64,000 nt of DNA from Macrostomum lignano (lineage: Eukaryota). The notes below the pieces were generated by a model. That model worked only from the letters and a program-made list of their open reading frames with translations. It was not told the origin of the DNA and made no database searches. The stretch lies in NCBI GenBank assembly GCA_002269645.1, contig NIVC01001945.1, forward strand, positions 62,001 to 126,000. Reading direction: 5' to 3'. The position numbers and the translations under genes were made by a program. Below, piece after piece: positions 51,191-62,602 of the stretch. Every line of letters begins with the position of its first letter. Position 1 is the first letter of the stretch.

Positions 51191-52227
51191 CATCATTCAA
51201 ATAGGCATGTATATTGCCCAAGAAGCTGGGGAATATTCTATAGACACAGTAAAAATTGGGGCTAAAAACACAGTCTGCTATTAAACTTAGTTTTCAGCAT
51301 TCAATTACTAAATCATGCCATTGATGCTATTTTAAACGTTATTCTCAGTTCTGAAGCTCCCAACAGCCTCTTTTAGATGCATTGAATCGGTTTTGTTGCA
51401 TACTTTGCATGTTGAATCACCCTTCAATTCAACGATTCTCCGCTATACATTCTAGCCATATTCAAAATTCAACCCAGGACTATTAATGTTCGCCAATATG
51501 GAGAGAACAACACCTACCCCAGCCTCACCAAGGCAATTCTTTACTACCGCGTAAATGCCATAACTGACTCTCTGTCCCTATAACCCCAGGTCCATCCCTA
51601 AACATTACGTAAACAGAAGTAGAAAACTCTGTCTCTGATTTGGCTTGCGACAGGGGCTGTCACCTTTATTACTCTTTGATGGATATTTTGGATGATGGCA
51701 AGAGCTTTTCATCGACTATTACTCTTCCCCGAGCCTCTGTCAATCGGATGCTTTGCACACAAGCCCCATTTCACCCAGGTTATTAAATTGATACAGCGAT
51801 TTTTAACAACCATTTTCTCGCAGAGACCGGCGGGCCTTAAAAACCACAGAAGTTATCTTTCATATTTTTCATCTGTATTTAGCTATTATTGGTCCGCCAA
51901 GGTATTGTCTTTTGAATAAACACCGTTTTCTATCCAATTCAAGTCGAAAAGACATGCTGCAAGAGGAAGCTGTCATCTTCTTTGAGAGACTGTACTCTGG
52001 CGGAGCAGCAGTTTTCACTCCTGCGAGAATGCTGGTTGGGTGGCTCCGCTCAGATCCAATAAAATACAGCATGAGAAAAGAATTGGTGGGGTATTTTCGA
52101 CCCCCAACTTTTCTATACCAAATGTGGAACCGAGTGTACAATCGTACACTAATCTAGAAAATATAGACCCGGGAAAGAAAATCACGCACACCTCTCGTGC
52201 CCCTACCCCATCCTCCCTCTTGCGGGG

Positions 52228-52235
52228 TATATAAA
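52228..52235 (+). promoter_or_regulatory. Candidate TATA box of the polB gene
   Basis: TATATAAA about 165 bp upstream of ATG 52397 (acaATGg context), followed by a CAG/CAT-repeat leader. Confidence 0.5.
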
Positions 52236-52396
52236 GCGGGTGAGAGCTGCTGCAGCAGCATCAGCAAAAGCAGCAGCACAGCTAGCAGCAGAAGTCACAA
52301 CATCAGCAAACGGCAGCAGCATCAGAAACCGCAAGCATCAGCAGTCACAGTCGCAATCACAGCAGCCACAATCACACCAGCATCAGCAGCATCACA

Positions 52397-55024
52397 ATGG
52401 CATCGAAGCGTTCAGCCGCTGAAGCCGCCATTTCAACCTTGTGGGGACGAGCAGGCCCCTCACAACAGCAGCAGCACAAGGGCCGCAGGTACATCACGCC
52501 CAGAGAGAAGGCCACAGCATTCGCCAAGGAGTATGCGGCGGTAAGCAGCTACCAGATCAAGAAAAAGGACAGAGCGCTCAGAAGAAAGGTCGATCGGACG
52601 CTCAAGAGAACGCAGTCGGGTCGGAACGAGGGAGACGACATCACCTTGGAGGAGGTGCAGCATGCGCTGGACGAGTTGGACGGCGGAAAGGCGCCGGGAC
52701 CAGACAAAATCCACCCGAGGCTACTCAAGGAGCTGCCCACCGAGATGATCAAAGCGGTAGCCCAGCTGTTCCAACGCTCATGGGCGCACGCCGAAGTCCC
52801 ACAGAACTGGAGAACCGGCGAGATTGTGCCCCTGTTGAAGGAGAATCAGGTACCAGAGGCCATTGTGTCATACCGCCCGATATGTCTCACTGCGACGATT
52901 GGAAAGTGGCTGGAAAGAGTCCTGGCGAACCGTCTGAAGCACACGCTGGAAAACCAGAAACTGCTGACGGAGGCCCAAGCCGGATTTAGACAGGGCAGAA
53001 CAACCACGGACCAGGTGCTGAGCTTATGCCAGGAAATCAGCGACGGGTTTAACGATCGGAAACGGACCGTTCTGACCACCCTAGATTTCACCAAGGCGTA
53101 CGACAAGGTGTGGCGAACAGGGTTGCTCTGGAAGCTGCTGAAGAAAGGGATTGACGGCCGGATGATCAGATGGATACAAGCCTGGTTAGTCAATCGCACC
53201 AACTGGGTGCGGCTAGGCGAGGAGAAAGGCGCAGTGGTGTGTATGAAGCAGGGGCTTCCACAGGGGGCGGTACTGTCCCCCCTGCTGTTCCTGGTATTCA
53301 TCGACGACCTGCCCTCGGAATGCGGGACTACCGGCGTTCAATTCCGCATGTTCGCTGACGATGTAGCCCTATGGAGCACCGAAGAACGAGTAGGCAGAGC
53401 ATGTGCTAGAGTCCAGGAGGCACTACGGAAGGTGCACGAGTGGACCAGGGCCTGGTACCTCCCCTTGAACACTAAGAAGTGCGAGTCATGCGTCTATAGC
53501 AACAACCAAGCGGAGCGAGGAATGCGACTCGACTTGAGAATTGGAGATGACATCATCAGAACGACCTCGGCCCCCCGATACCTCGGGGTCACGGTGGACC
53601 AAAAGCTCACGTTCGCTGAACACGTGAGGATGCTATCGACGAAGGCCAGGGCGAGGACGCACCTGCTGAAGAAGCTGTGTTGCTTGGAGGGAGGTCTAAA
53701 CTTGGAGATTGCGAGGATGGCCTACCTGGCGCTAGTGAGACCGATTCTGGAGTACGCGGCCCCGGCATGGTACCCATGGCTGGCCAAGGTACACCTGGAG
53801 AAGCTGGAGAGGTGCCAGCGGGCAGCCGCCAGAGCCATTGCCGGAGTACTGGCCAGCACGCCGGTGGAAATGGTGCTGCAAGAAGCCGGGCTACCATCGC
53901 TGGAAAGCAGGCTGCAGTTCCAGACGCTGAAGACCTATGATAGCTACCGACGGCTACCAGCGGACTCGCCTAGGAATGAGATGGCCAATAGGCGCATGAA
54001 GAAGAGGCTGAAGAAGCCCAACTGGAGGCAGAAGTGTCGCGAGGACTGGACCAGACTGGCGTTACCGGAGCCGGAGCCGGAAGAGCGGAGCAGGCCAATC
54101 CCACCGTGGGTTCAAATCAGAACTAAGGTTGCCTTGGAGGAGCTCACGAACCGGCAGGCAACCGAGAAAGAGAACAAGGAAACCGCAGAGAGCTGGATCG
54201 CGAACAGAGACACCGACTACATCCTGTACACAGATGGGTCGGTGGGCAAGGACGGTAAAGGTGGAGCTGGTCTCATCATCTACCGGGGCAGCACGAAGCA
54301 GGGCGAAGCTCGAGGATCAGCGGGACAGGGATGCTCGTCCACGCAAGCCGAGATCAGGGCACTCCGTATGGCAATCGATTGGTTGGACGCGGCAGACTGG
54401 AAAACGGCCACCATCGTGAGTGACAGTCAAGCAGCGCTCCGGGCTTTCCAGGACAGATGGAAGGGTGAATGGCAGGACGTGAGGCATTGCTGGCTAAAGA
54501 TCGCGAAGTGGCCTGAAAGAACCCTGACGATGAAGTGGGTGGCAGGACATGTCGGAGTGGAAGGAAATGAGCTGGCGGACAGGCTGGCGGCAGAGGGACG
54601 AGGCGAGGAAGGTGACGTCTGGACAAGGAAAGCGGCCACTAACCACATTCGTAGAGCCCTGGAAGGCAGGATGGAGTGGAAGCACGAGAGGGCGAAGGAA
54701 ATCTACGCGAAGAAGCAGCCGGACTGGCGGAAGGAAGGAAAGTGGTGCAGAGCGGCCAGGCGCGATTTTGCCAGGTTCAGGACCGGACACCACACGGAGC
54801 TGGCGGAGTATGGTGCTCGGATTGGAGCCAGGGAGAGTGGAACGTGCCGGCTGTGCAATCTCGAGGAGGAAGGCACGGAACACGTACTGTTGAAGTGCCC
54901 AGTGATGGACAACATCAGGAGGAAGACCGGCATCACGGAGATGGGTGACTTATGCGCCATGCCCGAAGAATGCCGGGCCCTTTGGAACGAGTTCCGAGAA
55001 CGGGTTAGACTGAAGAGAGAGTAG
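52397..55024 (+). CDS. 875-aa chimeric ORF: ~27 aa of polB exon 1 fused to LINE reverse transcriptase-RNase H
   Basis: KAPGPD, YRPICL, QAGFR, LDFTKAYD, QGAVLSP, FADD; RNase H YTDGS, AEIRAL, SDSQAAL, WVAGHVG, NELADR; CRLC-x8-H-x4-C; no stops. Confidence 0.92.
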   Translation: MASKRSAAEAAISTLWGRAGPSQQQQHKGRRYITPREKATAFAKEYAAVSSYQIKKKDRALRRKVDRTLKRTQSGRNEGDDITLEEVQHALDELDGGKAPGPDKIHPRLLKELPTEMIKAVAQLFQRSWAHAEVPQNWRTGEIVPLLKENQVPEAIVSYRPICLTATIGKWLERVLANRLKHTLENQKLLTEAQAGFRQGRTTTDQVLSLCQEISDGFNDRKRTVLTTLDFTKAYDKVWRTGLLWKLLKKGIDGRMIRWIQAWLVNRTNWVRLGEEKGAVVCMKQGLPQGAVLSPLLFLVFIDDLPSECGTTGVQFRMFADDVALWSTEERVGRACARVQEALRKVHEWTRAWYLPLNTKKCESCVYSNNQAERGMRLDLRIGDDIIRTTSAPRYLGVTVDQKLTFAEHVRMLSTKARARTHLLKKLCCLEGGLNLEIARMAYLALVRPILEYAAPAWYPWLAKVHLEKLERCQRAAARAIAGVLASTPVEMVLQEAGLPSLESRLQFQTLKTYDSYRRLPADSPRNEMANRRMKKRLKKPNWRQKCREDWTRLALPEPEPEERSRPIPPWVQIRTKVALEELTNRQATEKENKETAESWIANRDTDYILYTDGSVGKDGKGGAGLIIYRGSTKQGEARGSAGQGCSSTQAEIRALRMAIDWLDAADWKTATIVSDSQAALRAFQDRWKGEWQDVRHCWLKIAKWPERTLTMKWVAGHVGVEGNELADRLAAEGRGEEGDVWTRKAATNHIRRALEGRMEWKHERAKEIYAKKQPDWRKEGKWCRAARRDFARFRTGHHTELAEYGARIGARESGTCRLCNLEEEGTEHVLLKCPVMDNIRRKTGITEMGDLCAMPEECRALWNEFRERVRLKRE

Positions 55025-58000
55025 GACCGTGGTACGGCAACGCCAACAACAACAACAACAACAGCAGCAGCAGCAACAACAGCCTCCGGCCGCAAAGAGA
55101 GGACGCCCACTAGGTGAGTCTCTGCGTGCGTAAAACTATGCTTTTAGCATTTGTAAAATCTGAATTCAGAAAAATAGGGCTGTATAATTGCTTTAGCATT
55201 TGTGTGATTAGCAAATTTTTTCGCTAGTTGAAATATGGGTTTTCTTTGAAAGCACAGCTTTTCATCTTTAGCATTCATTTTGGGTTAAAATTTCTGTAAT
55301 TGCTTTTCAGCTTTAGCATTTGTGTGATTTGCAAACTTTTCGCTTGTTGAAATATGGGCTTTCTTTGAAACCACAGCTGCTTTTCATCTTTAGCATTCAT
55401 TTTGGCTTAAAATTTCTGAATTTCCTCTTGACATAGATGTTGAAGTTGGATTTCTCAAATTCAGACCTGTTGAAATAACAGAGTTTTTGAGAATATCAGC
55501 AGCAGCAGCAGTATAGCCAGATAATACCTGTAGAGGATAGTCATAAAATTTCTGGGGTTATGTGACTAGAGAAGTAAAAACAGCAATCCTGCAGCGCGCG
55601 CGTGACTCAGCGGGGGGCGGGCAGGCGGCAGTGATAAAAATCAACCCCCGATTTTTGGGCTCAGCATGATGATGTAATCACCACAGCGGCAGGTATTCTA
55701 GCGGCGCAGTGATAAAATCACCCCCGATTTTTGGGCATGATGATGTAATCACCGCTGCAATTGTATGGGGTTTTGGCAGCAATAGCTGCTGCAGTGAGGG
55801 TTATTAATCAGACAGCTTTAAAAATCCAAAAGCGGCCGCGCGGTATTGTTGCTAGGTGTCAAGGAGGCACAATGGAGGCACGTGCTGATAGGGGGTTTTC
55901 TTAAATTTTACAATGGCTGCTGCGGCAGGATCTGTGTTATCAGGGGTCATCAATCAAACATTTTTGACAGCCTAAAGTTCGAAACGGGGGTCAATCAACC
56001 CCACATTTCTTTTGTTGCTACGTGTCGGAACGTGCCGAGTTGTGGTTTTTACAACTCACCGATTTTGTTGCTTGGGGTGGGGCGATAAAATTGCTGCTGC
56101 TGCAGGCAATCAATCAAAAAATTTTGACAGTTGTAAAATTCCAAGCGGTCAGAATTTTAGTCACCATGCGCATTTTATTGCAGATTTGGCTCAATTTCAA
56201 CCCCCGCCCCAGCCCGACACTGTCGAAGGCGATGGTAAGGAGTTGATTTTATTTCATGAGTCATACACCCACAATTCTAATTTCAAACCCTCAAATTTTT
56301 TCAGGCTTCATTGCGCGTCTTGGCGGGGCGAAAGCCCTGCCTAAATTTAGAGCTGCAGGACACGAATATGTGGTATCGTTCACAGCGGATATTGTCGATG
56401 TTCGAGACACATTCGCTAGGGTGATAACAGCTCTTTGTGTGGACCTTCAAGCAGATGATTTCGTCGCATCTAAGCTGACGGCGGACAACATGATGCTAGC
56501 CATCAACGTCCCGCCCGTCCGCCGCAGCCGCTTCACTGCAGAGCTTGTTTTCAAGCATATCAACAAGGTGCTGCAGTCGGACTCCAGCGTCTTGGGCAAC
56601 AACTTTAAATTGTTTTTGCTCAAGGCCTGGGTCCCGCGGGGCGGCTGCGGCAGCTTAGATGCGGCGGAGCGTCACATCCAGGCCAGGCATTCGACAGGCC
56701 GCAACTATATCGTCATTGCCAACCGCGATAAGCGGTGCCTCATTCGGGCGCTAGTGGTGGCCAAGGCCTTTGCCGACCTGGAGGCCAAGGCCATCACTAA
56801 GCAAACTTGGCGGACCATCAAGGCCGACTCCCCAATGCAGACGAAGCTGACTGGGGAGCTTCAGATTGCCGCCAATCCGTATTCGGTGAGTAAAAATGTT
56901 CTTGCGCATTTTAATTTGCATTTTTATTAATATACAAATGTTTTAGTCTTTATCAACCATTGCACAGGACGGGCCTTTCGGGGTTGATGTGCTCCCCCAA
57001 CTGCTGGCAGTTCTGAACGCCCAGTCGCCGGGCAGGGATTTCGGCGCCCGCGTGTACAGTGCTGAGGAGGGCAATACATGTGTGTACGCCCTGCCCGGCC
57101 GCGAAGTGCTGAATCTGCACCTAATTGGCGAACACTTTAACGCTGTTTGCAAAGTGCCGCCATTTTTCGGAGCTCGCCGCTATTGCGACCGCTGCCAGCA
57201 GCCGTATGATTGCAACTCTGCAGGGCACAAGTGCACCAACACCTGCCCTCAATGCAAAGTGCCCGGCACCGACTGCAAGAGCCTGCAGCGTGACTACAAG
57301 CGCTGCGCTGATTGTGGCCTCAAGTGCTACAATCAGCAGTGCTTCGAAAATCACCGCCGGAAAAACCGAGCCGGCAGGTCACGCTGCAGCTCAACCCGCG
57401 TCTGCCCCAAATGTGGATATGTAGAAGAGTTAAGAGTCGACCAAAAGGAGCCGGAGCACAAGTGCGGCCATGTCAAGTGCCCACTGTGTAAACAGTACGA
57501 CGAGGCCGGCTCGCATTTGTGCTTCGTCAAGGCTCCCAAAGTGAAAGCATCGACTATGCCGTACGTGTTCTACGATACGGAAACATACACGGACGAGGAG
57601 AAGCAGCATCACGTGCACCTGGTGACTGCCGTCACGTGCTGCGAGACCTGCTCCGGCCGGGCGTTTCCGCGCGAGACTTGCCGCCTCTGCAATGGCCTGC
57701 ATAGCGCCGCCAACTGTCTGACTGGCCGCGATCTGGGGGAGGAATTCTCCAATTGCGTCAGCCACTCAGACTGCGCCTGCCAAATGGCCGATTTTGTGGC
57801 TGTGGGCCCGGCCTCGCTGAATGCGTTTTTCGCCTGGCTGAGCACCACATTCCGAGGCGGCGCCATTGTTGTCGCGCACAATGCATCAGGCTACGATTCG
57901 TTTCTACTGCTTGGCGCTCTACTCAACGGCCTGGCCAAGAAGCGGCCACAAGTACTGTTCCAGGGCAGCCGGTTAATGAGCATGACGGTGGATAAATTGG

Positions 58001-61000
58001 TATTCAAAGATTCGTTAAATTTTATACCAATCCCGCTTGCGCAATTCCCAAAAGCGCTGGGGCTCGCTGACACAAAGCTGGCCAAGGGGACGTTTCCCCA
58101 CGAGTTCAACAAGCCGGCTAATTGGAACTACGTGGGCCCCTACCCGGCTATTGAATATTATGGCGGCAAAGCAAACAAGGACTATGACTCAATCTGTGCT
58201 TGGCTAGCCTCGCGACAGGGCGAGTTGTTCAACTTTAATCGGGAATATCTCGATTATTGTTTGAGCGACACAGTCCTGCTTCGCGAGGGCTGTATCAAGT
58301 ACAGGGCAATAATTGGTGAAATTTGCGACGGCCTGGAACCATTTGTACAGGCCAACACGATTGCCAGTTTGGCAATGGCCGTTTTCACCACCCGATTTAT
58401 GGAGCCCAACTCGGTCGGCGTGATTGCCCGGCAGGCCGACCAGCAATCGTTCAAGGCGCGCAAGTGGCTGACTTATTTGAATGCCACCGAATTTGGCGGG
58501 CGGCTGCGCACCTGCGACTCGACTGACGGCGAGGCTGTCATTCTTGGCCGCAAGGTGGATGGTTTTGATGAGGCGAGCAACACTGTCTTGCAGTTTCATG
58601 GCTGTTTCTACCATGGCTGCGAGCAGTGTATGCCTGATCAGGATGCTGTCCACCCACTCAAACGGCAGCCTCTGAGCCACATTCGCCACGAGACTGAGTG
58701 GTTTACTCGCGAGTTGGAGCGGCACAATTACAGTGTTCGTGTCATTTGGGAGCACGAATACGACACTGTATTGGCATCGCAGGCCGACTTTATCGCCGCA
58801 ACTGCACATCTGCGCGCTCCACTCAAGATGGAAGATGCTCTCTATGGCGGCCGCGTAGAGTGTTTTATCCCGCATGCTGTGGCCAGCGAGACTGAGACTC
58901 TCAAATATCGGGATGTGGTGAGTAGTGATACTACTGATATAGTAGAATATTTTGCAAAAATACAGTTTATGAAAATAATGTTTTATTTCAACTGGCAGGT
59001 CTCTCTGTACCCGACGGTGCAGTCAAAGGACCCGTACCCGATTGGCCACCCGGTGCAACATCCGACGCCGCAAGTGCTAGATTCTGACGCGCTGGCTAGT
59101 TACTTTGGTATTGCCAAAGTGACTGTATTGCCGCCGTCAGATTTACATATTCCGCTGCTGCCGTACAGAGTTCAAAAGAGTTCAAAAGTGCAAAAGAAGC
59201 TCTTTTTTGGGCTTTGCCGCACCTGTATGGAGCAGCAGTGTGGCGACGATTGTGACCACTCAGATGAGGAGCGGGCGCTGACTGGCACCTGGGCAACGCC
59301 GGAGCTGCGGAAGGCCTTCCAGTTGGGCTACCGACTGCAGGTGGTGCACGCGCTGGCCTACTGGACAGAGAAGCGGACCGGCCTGTTCAGTGACTATGTT
59401 AGCACCTTCCTCAAGCTGAAGGCTGAGTCGAGCGGCTCCCCCGGCATGTCGGATGAAGACAAGGCCGCCTACATTGCCGATTTCTTTGCAAAGGAGGGCG
59501 TCACGCTGGACAAGGTCGAGCCCAACCCAGGACTTCGCTTTGTAGCGAAAATCTTTTTGAATTCGTAAGTAATTATAAATTCTGTTTTTAAACGATTTCT
59601 TCTACTAACAGTAGCACTTCTTTTCACAACACACAGGCTCTGGGGCAAATTTTGTCAGCGTGACGACCTGACATCGACAGAAATAGTATCCAGCTACGAG
59701 GACTGGCTCGCCCGGCTGACCGACCCCAACCTCAAAGTCAAGGCCTGCGAACCGATTGGCAGCGAGTTTATGCTGCTAGAGTACCGGCACCGCTACTTTA
59801 ATCAGCGGCCCTTCCGGTACTCTAATGTGCCAATCGGGGTTTTTACAACCACGCAGGCCCGGCTGCGCCTGTACGAGGCCTTGGAGGGGCTCGGCGAACG
59901 GGCCATTTACTGCGACACTGACTCGTAAGTAATGCATTTGATGTAACCGCCCTTGTCGCCTGTCCGCTCCGTAGAGAGACGAACGCATGGCTAGAGGGGG
60001 CAATGACCGTAGGCTGCCTATGACCGGGCAATGACCTGACGGACCTCCAGCACCAGACTGTCCCGCCCACATGATTAGTAGCTTTGGTAGCGCTTCGTGA
60101 CCAGAGGGCCAAGGACCCACATGGACCCCACCTGTAGCCAAGGTGCAATAGTTGGTCACTCGGTCATGGTATGACCGAGTGGCTGCCACCACTCTATGTG
60201 ACCTGGCGCACCTGGATCTTTCTACCAGACCTCTCGAGGCTAGAGCCCCGCCTGGATTGGTTACCAGGGGATTTAGGCTAACAGGGGAGACGCATGCAGC
60301 CGAGTACAGGGACTCTGCTTGGGGCATGATCGGGAACTCTGGGCTCAATCCTGGAGGATTTCTCAGCAGGGGATCCTTTGTGGCTGTGAGCGAGGCTGAC
60401 TTGCGACTTTGATTACTAAGAGTAGTATGAGGCGAACATGTACTGTCTACAGTTTAGATTGCTCAGGGCGAAGGGACGCGTTAGCATGGGGTTGCAACCT
60501 TCCTACTGCCATTCTGTGCCAAGACTCGCTAATCCCTCTACTGCACGCACACGCGGCCCCGCAGCACGCACTCACAGGCGGGCTTTGCACGGGGAGAGGC
60601 CATTAGCTTACCCAAACTTCCTTATGCTTTGCCACCCCGGGAGAAAGGCTTAGCAAGCCATGAGTGAAATGATGGTGAAAGATTGAATAATGATGAAGTT
60701 AGTTAATAGTTAATAATTAGGCCCTTAGGCAAATAAGCAGGCAATTAGGCGGCTTCACTATTGAGTAAAATACAGCAAAAGATACGGTATCACAATTGGC
60801 TCAGCTCTCTAATCAGACAATGGAAAATAGGCAAACCCCGGATAAGCAAAGGCAATTAGAGCACAAATTAGTAGCAGGAACTTACCGGCAGCTGCACAGA
60901 GAGTGAGAGAGACGGAGTGACCGAGGGCGGCTGTAGGCTGCAGTCAGGCAGACGGTGAAGCGGCGATGCGCTGGAGCGACGAGGCGCTGATGTAGATCAG

Positions 61001-62583
61001 GCGATGCTGATGATGCTGGGCGGTATCAGACCGCTGGCCGATAGGCGAGCTCACTTGGGGAGCTAAGGATAACTTGGCGGTAACAGACCGCGGACCGGCA
61101 GGGATTCGTCTTATAGACGAATGGGTCAGAACTCAATCTGACAGCAAGTCCAAAGAAGGACGAGGAGAGGAACAGAGATAAACCCAGTTGAGTATTCTCA
61201 TGCCGAAATCGCTTCCTTTTATAGACCTCACAGCCGCCTCCTCAAGGTCGTTACCATGGCTCCCTCTCTCTGATTGGCTGCCGGCAGAATGACGTCAGAA
61301 TGAGTCATGATGAGAAGCATGAGACCGGCATAGCAACATGAGAAATCGGGAAATTGCGCAATCCGGAGGTGGGGTGGGGGGATAATTGGCGCAGCGGGTG
61401 GTCGCGAAAGTGTTGCGCAAGCAAACATTGAGAACAATAGGGCTGGGGTCGAGAACAAAGGAATTGGAAATCGGGGATAATTGGGGAAAACTGAGAACAA
61501 TGGAAAAGTAAACATTGGAGAAAAGGTGATAATTAGGTGCGAAAACGAGAACAAAAGAAAGAGAAAATCGGAGAAAATGTGATAATTGGTGGGGGTCGAG
61601 AGAACAAAAGAAGCAAAAACGAGAACAATAGAAGCGGAGGTGGGGTGGGTGTCACATGAGAAATTTGGGAAGGAGAACAATAGCGTGAGAAAAGGTTGCG
61701 CAAGAGAGGGGGATGAGTCATCGATGAGTCACCGAGGGGGAGAAGGGGTCACACGACTTGCGTCACCGTTTGGGAGTTTGAGAGGGGATGGGGAGACGGT
61801 GAGCACACAAAGTACTGTAAGTAGACACAGGGAAAGAGGGGACAGCGCAGGAAAAGAGTGCAGAGGGAGACAAAAAAAGAGAGGAGATAGAGAAAGTACA
61901 GGAAGAATAGGGCGGAAACAGAAGAGATAGGGTAGAGGGGGAGGTACAAAAAGGGGTAGGGGCTCCGGAAAGGCAGGTGTGGCGGCAGGAGAGACGGGAC
62001 CAAGGCAGTAGGAGGGGGGGCAGCAGAGCGGGAGTCTCCAGGCCCGGTCGGAGACCTGGCCGAGTCTCGACAGCTCTGTGCAGAGGGTGCACGGGATAGG
62101 AGGCACTTTCGAAAAAGTTCCCATGCCCTATCCCGCGACCAGAGCGTGGTTACATCACATTGATAAATTCTTTTAGAATTGAATAGTTGGCATGTGGAAC
62201 TAATTCCACAAGAGGGCCAATGGGAGCCGCCCCATGGCACGAGCCTCGGAATGTGGACCGACGAGGTACCCGCAGGCAGCCGGATGACCGACTTTGTAAG
62301 TGGAGGGCCCAAGCTCTACACTTACATTGTCGAGGATGCTGCTGGTGTCCGGAGTCAGGTCCTGAAATGCAAGGGCATCCGCCTGACTCCGGAGATTCGG
62401 GAACGCAGCGACGAATTGCGCAGTGCCCTACTACACGGCGGCTCCCTGAAACTGCCGCAGTTTCAGTTCAGGCGCGACAAGGCGTCTTGCACCATACACA
62501 CTGTTAGTATGGACAAGACGTTTCAGCGCGTCCTGACGAAACGCGTGTACGGGACCTTCAGCAGGCCTTATGGCTATAAATAA
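52397..62583 (+). CDS. polB: Protein-primed family B DNA polymerase (pPolB), 6 exons, about 1300 aa when reconstructed; exon 1 disrupted by a LINE
   Basis: Exons 52397-52476+55073-55113, 56305-56885, 56968-58917, 58999-59564, 59637-59924, ~62187-62583. ExoI FYDTET, ExoII AHNASGYD, ExoIII YCLSDT, motif A DV|VSLYP, motif B KIFLNS|LWGKF, motif C YCDTDS, C-terminal GPKLY and KCKG. Exon 1 assignment and the last acceptor are less certain. Confidence 0.88.
52477..55058 (+). mobile_element. 5'-truncated non-LTR retrotransposon (I-group-like: RT + RNase H + CCHC), (CAA)n tail
   Basis: 14-bp TSD caacagcagcagca at 52463-52476 and 55059-55072; (CAA)5 tail at 55044-55058; no endonuclease domain. Confidence 0.88.
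56305..56885 (+). CDS. polB: pPolB exon 2, N-terminal region with NRDKRCLIRAL (vOTU-like Cys motif)
   Basis: ttttcag acceptor, gtgagt donor, phase 0 into exon 3. Confidence 0.75.
56968..59924 (+). CDS. polB: pPolB exons 3-5: Zn-finger cluster, exonuclease, VSR-like nuclease insert, polymerase motifs A-C
   Basis: 859-aa ORF 56989-59568 plus exon 59637-59924; VDGFDEASNTVLQFHGCFYHGC insert. Confidence 0.93.
59939..62157 (-). mobile_element. Probable solo LTR (2219 bp) in the last polB intron
   Basis: TG...CA ends with 10-bp inverted repeat TGATGTAACC/GGTTACATCA; 4-bp TSD CATT at 59935-59938 and 62158-62161; minus-strand TATAAAA at ~61217-61223 with nearby CCAAT, TGACGTCA and TGAGTCA; no convincing ORF. 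Confidence 0.7.
62187..62583 (+). CDS. polB: pPolB last exon (C-terminal palm/thumb region)
   Basis: WEPPHGTSLGMWTDE...FVSGGPKLYTY...KCKGI...KRV...SRPYGY typical of pPolB C-termini; exact acceptor unresolved. Confidence 0.85.
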
Positions 62584-62602
62584 TGTAATCCAATTATAAC
62601 TA

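Noticed and set aside
51692-52234. Short ORFs upstream of polB as integrase or capsid remnants
   Set aside because: No DDE, jelly-roll, Walker A or protease motifs recognisable by eye; a profile search is still needed
52441-55110. Alternative-frame and antisense ORFs over the LINE, and likewise over polB (57121-59296) and GT31
   Set aside because: Shadow ORFs of GC-rich coding sequence
59776-62312. ORFs inside the 2.2-kb insert as gag or env
   Set aside because: Low complexity, purine-biased, no Zn knuckle or other retroviral motif
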